Source of the DNA: Haloquadratum walsbyi C23
GTDB lineage: Archaea; Halobacteriota; Halobacteria; Halobacteriales; Haloferacaceae
Direction of reading: 5' to 3'
Assembly: GCF_000237865.1 (NCBI RefSeq)
Contig: NC_017459.1
Coordinates: forward strand, 2,190,001-2,222,000
Length of the DNA stretch: 32,000 bases
Shown here: piece by piece, positions 26,027 through 32,000 of the stretch
Numbering within the stretch: position 1 is the stretch's first letter
Layout: every line of letters starts with the position of its first letter
Program-made: the position numbers and the translations under genes
Notes under the pieces: generated by a model
What the model saw: the letters and a program-made list of their open reading frames with translations, nothing else
Told to the model about the DNA's origin: nothing
Databases searched by the model: none

Positions 26027-27052
26027 CTATGTGGCAAACTCGACATCTGTGATTTCAAACCGTGCCCCTCCCTCAGAGCTTTTTATGACCTGTAGACTCC
26101 AGTCATGTCCAGAAGTAATCTGTTGAACAATACTTAACCCGAATCCAGTTCCGCTATCGTTAGTTGTGTACCCCGTTTCAAAAATCCGATCATGCTCACT
26201 CTCGGGGATACCGGACCCATCATCTGCAATGTAGAATCCATCTGAGGTGGTCTCAATAACTACGTTGACCCCCGGTCCACCGTGCTCAATTGCGTTTCGT
26301 AAGAGATTCTCAAAGAGTTGCTGAAGTCGGGAGTTATTGGCTAGTATCTGTGGATTTGTCTCAGGGAGACTCAAACTCGCCTGTTGGGTATCTACACTTT
26401 GCCATGCTTGTTTTGCTACTATTTTGATCGAAACTGAACGCATCTCGCCGATATTACGACTTTGTGCAAGTTCTAATAATTCAGTGATCAATACGTTCAT
26501 TCGATCAAGCGCAGTATCCACAAGATGTAATTCATCGCGATCGATATCGGTCTGTAACAAATCAATATATCCTTGAGCAACGTTCAATGGATTTCGTAGG
26601 TCATGTGAGATGACGCCTGCAAAGCTCTCAAGCCGTTCGTTTTGACGCTTGAGTTCGCGTTCATGTGCTTTCCGCTCTGAGATATCTTTAATCGTTCCAA
26701 AATGATATGTTGTACCGTTGATTGAGCGCTGTGTTGTGACTGTTGCAACAGGAACTTCCTGACCGTTGTATCTATGTACCGTCTCGGCTTTTCGCGTTTC
26801 ATTATCCTGAAACGACATCCAGTACGTTTTAAACTTATCAGCATCAATCTCTGAGACAATTTCCCATAACGGCTCTCCAACTAACGCTGATGATGTAACA
26901 TTAAATAATTCGGCATATGACTCATTTACATAAACATATTGACCATCTTTGGTATAAATCCCAACACCGACACCAACTGATTTGATCATTTCAGCGAGGA
27001 ATTCTGGTGTTAAATCAATTGAACTATCAGAAGCCATTAGCGTGGATTCCAT
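26027..27052 (-). CDS. PAS-domain sensor histidine kinase
   Basis: 341 aa with an N-terminal PAS-like region. H box is SHDLRNPLNVAQGY, N box LLRNAIEHG, G1 DDGSGIP and G2 GTGFGLSIV. Confidence 0.9.
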   Translation of the reverse strand: MESTLMASDSSIDLTPEFLAEMIKSVGVGVGIYTKDGQYVYVNESYAELFNVTSSALVGEPLWEIVSEIDADKFKTYWMSFQDNETRKAETVHRYNGQEVPVATVTTQRSINGTTYHFGTIKDISERKAHERELKRQNERLESFAGVISHDLRNPLNVAQGYIDLLQTDIDRDELHLVDTALDRMNVLITELLELAQSRNIGEMRSVSIKIVAKQAWQSVDTQQASLSLPETNPQILANNSRLQQLFENLLRNAIEHGGPGVNVVIETTSDGFYIADDGSGIPESEHDRIFETGYTTNDSGTGFGLSIVQQITSGHDWSLQVIKSSEGGARFEITDVEFAT

Positions 27053-27240
27053 TTAATTCTGATCGTATAATATCTTAATCATTACTCACTCTGCATATAG
27101 TTCCTCACGATCAGATAGCCTGCTACGTTGATTCAATAAACTATCAAAATATAAGATGTCATGGGGATATTACGATATCCATTATTTGAAAGAAGAGGTC
27201 AAAAATAAATATATTGATATTTCGGGTATTTGATAAAATT

Positions 27241-27272
27241 CTGCGCTTCAGGGCAGAGAGGATGTCAAACGG
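27241..27272 (+). mobile_element. solo RE-like fragment of an IS1341/PATE-type element
   Basis: ctgc-gcttcagg-gcag is followed by agaggatgtcaaac. The 11-mer gaggatgtcaa is identical to the minus-strand sequence next to the RE hairpin of the intact tnpB element (19290-19300) and close to ggaggatatcaat at 6425-6437. Confidence 0.4.
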
Positions 27273-27550
27273 CTGCATTTTCCATGTACAATTATTGAGT
27301 GAAGAGTATCAATCACACATAGTCCGCTTCCGGCACAGTGAATAAATGAATCTCTTGAGACGATACTCAAACTATTAAATTAATTTTTGCTCATCTGTAG
27401 AAGCGAATACCCGTCGTTTCAATCCTCTCTGATCACAGGTGTCAGTTCGTTACTCTGCCGACTCTACACCCAATCTTCCGCAGGTACTGACTGTTACAAA
27501 TAAGCGTTAATTTCTGAGAATGGCATATTGTATAATGTGATGATCAAAAA

Positions 27551-27841
27551 CTAAAACGATATTAAAAATTCATATGGCGGGGTACCTGGCTGTGTCTGTT
27601 TGACACCAAGAAGTGAAATATGAGGGTTCACCCGCTTTCTTAATTGCCGTTTTTCACCTGGTTGTACGTACTCCTCCACGCGAATCTTCGCAAATTCAAC
27701 CTCATATTCATCTTGAGTATTATCCCCATAGTAAATCTCCAACAGCGGGTCATCGTCTGATACCTTCGTAACATCAATTGGAGATTTGTCTAAATCTTCA
27801 AGAGCAGATATAACCTCGAGACCTGCTTCTTCAACGTTCAT
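27551..27841 (-). CDS. hypothetical acidic protein
   Basis: 96-aa ORF with acidic haloarchaeal-like composition. No motif recognised. Confidence 0.4.
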   Translation of the reverse strand: MNVEEAGLEVISALEDLDKSPIDVTKVSDDDPLLEIYYGDNTQDEYEVEFAKIRVEEYVQPGEKRQLRKRVNPHISLLGVKQTQPGTPPYEFLISF

Positions 27842-28058
27842 ACGTTGATTGTAGAGTTACATCCTAAAATGATACAGGGGACTATACGCTTTCAATATCC
27901 TGTGTACGTCGTCGTTCTGTCGTATAGCTCTGTTTGTGACTTATTTCCGACCACAGATTGTATGATCTATGGAACGCTTGCTATTCGATTTATTTGCTGA
28001 GCTACTCCGCCCCAGTAGTTCCATGTTTGGCTTTTCCTATCTAAGATTGAAATAAACT

Positions 28059-28158
28059 CACATTCTGGAGACTCAATATAGATTTCAGAGTTACACCAAC
28101 ACCTGCCGTTGAGAGTACTGATGGGAGGGTTCCATCGGTGAACAGATATCCCATAATA
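28059..28158 (+). repeat. repeat block A (about 100 nt; conserved core 28100-28152)
   Basis: The core cacctgccgttgagagtactgatgggagggttccatcggtgaacagatatcc is about 85 % identical to 29552-29603. Weaker similarity extends to cattctggag / cattccagag on the left. Confidence 0.75.
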
Positions 28159-28389
28159 AAGTGCTCGAGAGACGCGACAATCGGAGTTTGACTATATGGG
28201 ACAGGACATTTAGGATATGTATGATCTGTGTTATATATGACTCATTCAGATACGCAAATTAAGCCTGACACAGCCGACATACTAAGTTAAATTGCAGAAA
28301 GTGAGAACGCAAGCCTCGATAGTCTGCTGAGGCGGATGCTCGTCCGATATATATCTGTTGAATTACGACAAGCAACATAACAAATCCTC

Positions 28390-28662
28390 TTGACACGCAC
28401 ACATACTGAGGACACTACTACGACCAGCTCAGACCCACTGTGTCCGTACTGTCATTCCCCTGTTTCATCAATCTTGAACTTGAACAGAAATTCTACAAGC
28501 ACTGTCAGTATATCCAGCATCTATCGGTGTGAGGACAGATATTGCCCTCTGGGTATGTTTATTGAGACAGGTATGGAAAAAACTGAATACGGAGATCTCC
28601 AACTCCTCACAGAGATTATTGACAATAGCGATGAGCGAGATACATATGACATCCGAAGTTGA
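28390..28662 (+). CDS. possible small zinc-ribbon protein (only a TTG start available)
   Basis: CPYC ... CEDRYC cysteine pairs. An in-frame stop lies immediately upstream of the TTG at 28390 and there is no ATG or GTG near the 5' end. It may be non-functional. Confidence 0.3.
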   Translation: MTRTHTEDTTTTSSDPLCPYCHSPVSSILNLNRNSTSTVSISSIYRCEDRYCPLGMFIETGMEKTEYGDLQLLTEIIDNSDERDTYDIRS

Positions 28663-28867
28663 TGATGAGGAGTTCCAGACGCTTGCAGATCCGATGGATA
28701 TGGATACACTCCGAGGGGACTACTTCGAGGGTGGTGTATTTCTTCTTCTCGATAGGACATGCACTATCGACACAGATGGGAACGGGAAGTACCGCGTCCA
28801 TGAGGGCAAGGAGCAGGTACTGACTGACGCAGATTTTAGTGAGGTTAGGTCGCTACTGAGGAACTAG
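28631..28867 (+). CDS. hypothetical small acidic protein
   Basis: 78 aa from the ATG at 28631 (MSEIHMTSEVDDEEFQTLADP...). It overlaps the preceding ORF by 32 nt. Confidence 0.4.
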   Translation: MSEIHMTSEVDDEEFQTLADPMDMDTLRGDYFEGGVFLLLDRTCTIDTDGNGKYRVHEGKEQVLTDADFSEVRSLLRN

Positions 28868-28984
28868 GGAGAATTGCATAGAGCGATTCGCAAGGAGTTG
28901 AGTTCACACACAGCTTAATGAATCACCCGTCAGAACGAGCATGCGCGTTTATGAGGTTGGTAGTATTCGAGTCCGTGGCGTGGA

Positions 28985-29350
28985 CTAGGCTGGGGTAACG
29001 CTGTAGACTCGTGTCCCAATATGATAGACCATACTGACTGTATAGCCCAATACACCGATCGTTGCGAGTACTGCTCCGATGAAGACCGCTGAGCCACCCA
29101 AGCTGAGAATTCCACCCAGACTTACGCCAGCAAGAGCAAATCCGAGAGCTCCAATCCCCGCAGTGAGGGCTGGTGCCCATGCTCCAATCTTCACAGCACC
29201 GAGAGCAGTCACCCCCGCGATAACTGTGAAGATGAGGGGCGAGTAAAGACCGAGCGGGGCGACACCCATTAGGACTGCCCAGTACGCTCCAGCTGAGAGA
29301 ACGAACAGTCCGAGCGGTATGAGTATCGCTCTGAGTCTCACCTTTTCCAT
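28985..29350 (-). CDS. small Gly/Ala-rich membrane protein, hypothetical
   Basis: 121 aa with four hydrophobic segments. The other ORFs overlapping it (28923-29417, 28930-29115) are shadows. Confidence 0.55.
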   Translation of the reverse strand: MEKVRLRAILIPLGLFVLSAGAYWAVLMGVAPLGLYSPLIFTVIAGVTALGAVKIGAWAPALTAGIGALGFALAGVSLGGILSLGGSAVFIGAVLATIGVLGYTVSMVYHIGTRVYSVTPA

Positions 29351-29507
29351 ATACTCGGCGACGAGAGTGGGCGATAAATAACTTAGTGCTCTGTTTCACG
29401 TAGAATGACACGCGCATGCTCTGTATTGAACCATTCCTGTCTGAATATGAGTAGTCCTCTACACTGTATTCAGTTCAGACTCCCCTTCACAACTTACAGG
29501 CTCAGTA

Positions 29508-29611
29508 TACATTCCAGAGGTACACTAACCCATCATAGAAGACCGCACTCACGCCTGCCGTTGAGAGTGCTGAAAGGAGAGTTCTGTCGGTGAACAGATA
29601 TCCGCATACTG
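29508..29611 (+). repeat. repeat block B (direct copy of block A; core 29552-29603)
   Basis: See block A; same orientation, 1.45 kb downstream. Confidence 0.75.
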
Positions 29612-29785
29612 AGAACATCAATTGTTGGGTTGGACTGGTCGAATAAAAACGTCTGTTGCAACTCTCTCACTCAGTAACTCACTTTGATTATCGCGGTAGT
29701 GCTGTTCGAAACCCAATACTGACTCCTCGCGTACTGGGTGGGATTCGGAGCTTATTTTTGTCTCATTCGACTATAAAATTGTATA

Positions 29786-30022
29786 ATGGTATCAGACAAA
29801 GAACGGCTTGAGGAGGCTCTCAGGTGGCTCAAGGAGGTGAAAAGGCTTAAACAAGATAAGGAGCGACTCTATTCAAACTCTTTTTTGCAGGGATACAAAC
29901 AATATATTATTCCCCACAAATACCACGACATGGAGGGAGTATCGGAGGATGAAGTTGACAAGATAATCCAGCGATATGAACGTGATCTCGAAGATTTAGA
30001 GACAGGGAACTTCCAGAAATGA
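29786..30022 (+). CDS. hypothetical small charged (coiled-coil-like) protein
   Basis: 78-aa ORF rich in E/K/R/L. No motif recognised. Confidence 0.4.
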   Translation: MVSDKERLEEALRWLKEVKRLKQDKERLYSNSFLQGYKQYIIPHKYHDMEGVSEDEVDKIIQRYERDLEDLETGNFQK

Positions 30023-30364
30023 GTAGTGTCTCAAATATTATCTGGGTATCTTCGCGTTTATTTAGTTACTGATTATTTTGATCGTGCCAGTCCTCGTACT
30101 AGTTTTTCCTGTTTGCATGGATTCCGATTTCTGTCGGCAGTTCAGGGTACTCGATATACGTTGATTTGACTCCTTTTAGGATTCGTCGGCATCAGTTAAT
30201 CTCATTGGTGTACCGATATAGTATCCTGTCTAGTTCCCACGTCTGTCCTCACAGAGTAACGAGCGGAGATTCTCAAACCGCTCAAAAATGACGGAGATAT
30301 TTGGGTCAATCGCCGAACATTTAAGACGACATTCGAAAAACGGCTACCCCAGTGGGGTGACCAT

Positions 30365-30589
30365 TCAAATCAGTTCAGAGCTGTTGAACGTCTCATCACG
30401 CTCGTATTCAATGAGTTTCAACAGAGCGTTCAAAAACTCTGTCTCGTTGTGATCATCTGTGCTTCGAAGCGCATCTTGTGCACGCTCTCGGGTAACCTCA
30501 TCTTTGGGTACACTCAATCCGTTCATAAAATGGATTCGGGGTGCTGATTGAAGTACTTCCTCCCCATACCAGCGACCATCTTGGTAATC
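30365..30589 (-). pseudogene. 5'-truncated ORF fused to the MITE terminus
   Basis: The tracked ORF 30365-30604 begins MGKRQ. These five codons are the reverse complement of the MITE end ctgtctcttacccat (30590-30604). The native reading frame therefore enters from the MITE boundary without its own start. Confidence 0.5.
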
Positions 30590-30848
30590 CTGTCTCTTAC
30601 CCATAAGTTCGTGGAGTCGTAACCGGACGTTTCAGACGCTCTCAGAGGTATTTTGAATCAAAAAATCGAGGCGAGAAGCGATTCAAATAGTGATATCGGC
30701 TGTGGGGGTGACAGAACGCCGGTAATCAAGCTCACTACAATTGTTCCAAAGAGGTGCTGAAACTGTAGATACCGAGGATTTCAGTCGTGCTCGCCGATCC
30801 CGATCCCGTTCCGCTAAAATCCTGACTCGAGTTGTGGGTAAGAGACAG
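30590..30848 (+). mobile_element. MITE copy 3 (259 bp), no target-site duplication
   Basis: Termini are ctgtctcttacccataag... and ...tgggtaagagacag. The flanks are cttggtaatc (left) and accttgacga (right) and do not match. GC content jumps at 30849. Confidence 0.85.
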
Positions 30849-31287
30849 ACCTTGACGACGACCCGGCCTACCTGGCGATCCCGCATCCAGAAGGACTACC
30901 CGACCGACCGCTCGACCAGCTACGAAGAAGTGAACCTCGCTGTCGATGACAGCACCTACGACACGGTCTCGCGGCTCCGGTCGTACCTGAACAACCGCTG
31001 GCGGGACAGCGAGGCACTGTCCCCGTCGCGGCAGGCCGACCGGATGACCACCGAGAGCGTTCGGCGTGTCATCCGCTCGCTGACCGTGGAGGCCGACGTG
31101 CGCCCGCAGAGCATCGAGGGCGGGCAGGCGACCCTGAGGACGTGACGCCCACACGCTTCGGCACAGCGTCGCTTACAGGATGCTCCACGAGGAGGACGGC
31201 TACACTCTATACGATGTCCGGAACCGGCTGCGCCACGCAACAATCAAAACAACCGAAGAACGGTACGACCATTTCGACCGCATCTGA
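30849..31287 (+). pseudogene. tyrosine recombinase (phage-integrase family) gene fragment, 5'-truncated and frameshifted
   Basis: Frame 0 gives ...ALSPSRQADRMTTESVRRVIRSL...IEGGQA. Frame 1 gives PEDVTP. Frame 2 gives HTLRHSVAYRMLHEEDGYTLYDVRNRLRHATIKTTEERYDHFDRI*, which contains the R, H-x-x-R-type box and the catalytic Tyr region. Frame changes occur at C-runs near 31132-31135 and 31148-31150. Confidence 0.7.
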
Positions 31288-31289
31288 CC

Positions 31290-31772
31290 ATGACGGAAGA
31301 CGACGTTGGTCCCAAGAACCCGCAGCCGGAAGGACACTACCCGCGCTTCGCGGACAACAAGTGGCACTACGTCCCCGACGAGTTGGCGCAGACGATCTCG
31401 CTCGGGCCGGCAGGCGACGGTGAGGAAGGCCAGGACTGGGTGCTAACGTACACGCCCGAGCGGCGAAACGAAGATGACCGGGAGAAAATTCTCGTTCGAC
31501 TGACGCCACGCGCGCTGCACGAGCTGTACATCGAGACAAAGGGCGCCTCTCAGCAGACCAGCGGATGTACGGGCACAGCGCAGAGTGCGACCCTTGCGGC
31601 GACCAGGTCGATCTCGACGAGGCGATTCCGAACCAACGCGGGAAGCCATGCCACAGACGCTGTTAGGCCGAGTACACTGGCGCGCCAGACTGGTTCAGCG
31701 ACTACGTGTAGCGAGAGACGGGAAACAGCAGGAAGACGGTGGCGAGGAACCCGGTTTACCGGACGTGAGTAG
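31290..31772 (+). CDS. hypothetical ORF in GC-rich segment; only about the first 85 codons look protein-like
   Basis: The N-terminal part is MTEDDVGPKNPQPEGHYPRFADNKWHYVPDELAQ...LHELYIETKG. After that the frame turns Arg/Ser/Thr-rich, typical of read-through in GC-rich DNA. Another frame (31565-31711) reads MYGHSAECDPCGDQVDLDEAIPNQRGKPCHRRC-TAG-AEYTGAPDWFSDYV. Confidence 0.3.
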   Translation: MTEDDVGPKNPQPEGHYPRFADNKWHYVPDELAQTISLGPAGDGEEGQDWVLTYTPERRNEDDREKILVRLTPRALHELYIETKGASQQTSGCTGTAQSATLAATRSISTRRFRTNAGSHATDAVRPSTLARQTGSATTCSERRETAGRRWRGTRFTGRE

Positions 31773-31814
31773 GAGGAGGGTTGAGGCCGGGAAGATGCCC
31801 TTCTAGAACGCTGG

Positions 31815-32000
31815 CTACGCCGATGCCGGGGATTCGGACGAATCACCGAGCGACTTGGTCAGTTCAACCTCAATCTTGACCGTGTCGTACGGGACATAGG
31901 GCTGCTTCGCGCCGCCCTCTTCACGGAAGTGGACGATCCGGTACTCGGCCAGAGTCTGAACATCGTCGTGGACCTGCCGGATGTCACGGTCGAGGCGGTC
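31815..32000 (-). CDS. 3' end of a hypothetical gene continuing beyond the window
   Basis: The minus-strand frame is open from the window edge to TAG (31815-31817). It reads DRLDRDIRQVHDDVQTLAEYRIVHFREEGGAKQPYVPYDTVKIEVELTKSLGDSSESPASA, with codon-like GC3 bias. Confidence 0.4.
   Translation of the reverse strand, partial: DRLDRDIRQVHDDVQTLAEYRIVHFREEGGAKQPYVPYDTVKIEVELTKSLGDSSESPASA

Noticed and set aside
30735-31846. Multiple long ORFs on both strands of the GC-rich segment (30735-31154, 30956-31243, 31207-31539, 31443-31649, 31550-31846, 31585-31806).
   Set aside because: They have Arg/Ala/Pro/Ser-rich shadow-frame composition, as expected from stop-codon depletion in about 65 % GC DNA. 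They overlap the recognisable integrase frames.
1-32000. Scan for tRNA or rRNA genes (T-loop GGTTCGAATCC-type boxes, rRNA-like conserved blocks).
   Set aside because: No convincing T-arm/acceptor combination or rRNA signature was seen by eye. A tRNA-scan program would be needed to exclude them formally.

Overview
The window looks like chromosomal DNA from a low-GC haloarchaeon. Evidence: very acidic proteins, a Tat/lipobox signal, small CPxCG zinc-finger ORFs and IS1341-type tnpB genes. GC is in the mid-40s % by eye. The repeat repertoire is reminiscent of Haloquadratum, but that is recognised from memory and not verified.

Layout:
- 1-8.1 kb: housekeeping genes. These are a YcaO-type gene 3' end, a DUF63-like membrane protein, inositol monophosphatase, UspA, an MTH1187-family protein, Mch, an M48 protease and a GTPBP1-like GTPase.
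- 8.1-12.4 kb: repeat-rich spacer, a J-domain membrane protein, an orphan 409-aa gene and a degraded tnpB.
- 12.6-19.1 kb: a complete branched-chain amino acid ABC transporter. livFGMH are on the minus strand and a Tat-lipoprotein binding protein is divergent on the plus strand. The LivG, LivM and LivH subunits are unusually large.
- 19.3-22.8 kb: an IS1341-type TnpB element. An IS4/Tn5-like IS and a 259-bp MITE with the same termini are both inserted in its upstream (LE) hairpin.
- 22.9-30.6 kb: AT-rich accessory region with orphan ORFs, a PAS histidine kinase and short repeats.
- 30.59 kb onward: a third MITE copy marks an abrupt switch to GC-rich (about 60-65 % by eye) foreign DNA carrying a decayed tyrosine-recombinase gene.

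No rRNA, tRNA or CRISPR array was recognised.

Main second-look signals:
- The IS4-like IS/MITE family inserts precisely into the loop of a CCCGCG-N8-CGCGGG palindrome that resembles IS1341/PATE-type element ends. This happened at two independent loci, and one locus carries three copies of the 10-bp target.
- An orphan tnpB 3' (omega-RNA-coding) remnant has a terminus that supplies the stop codon of the GTPase gene.
- Two directly repeated ~100-nt blocks bracket a 1.4-kb cassette of small genes. Each block contains a hairpin with one compensatory change, and alternatively a 37-38 codon sORF.

All homology calls rest on motif recognition by eye. No searches were run.
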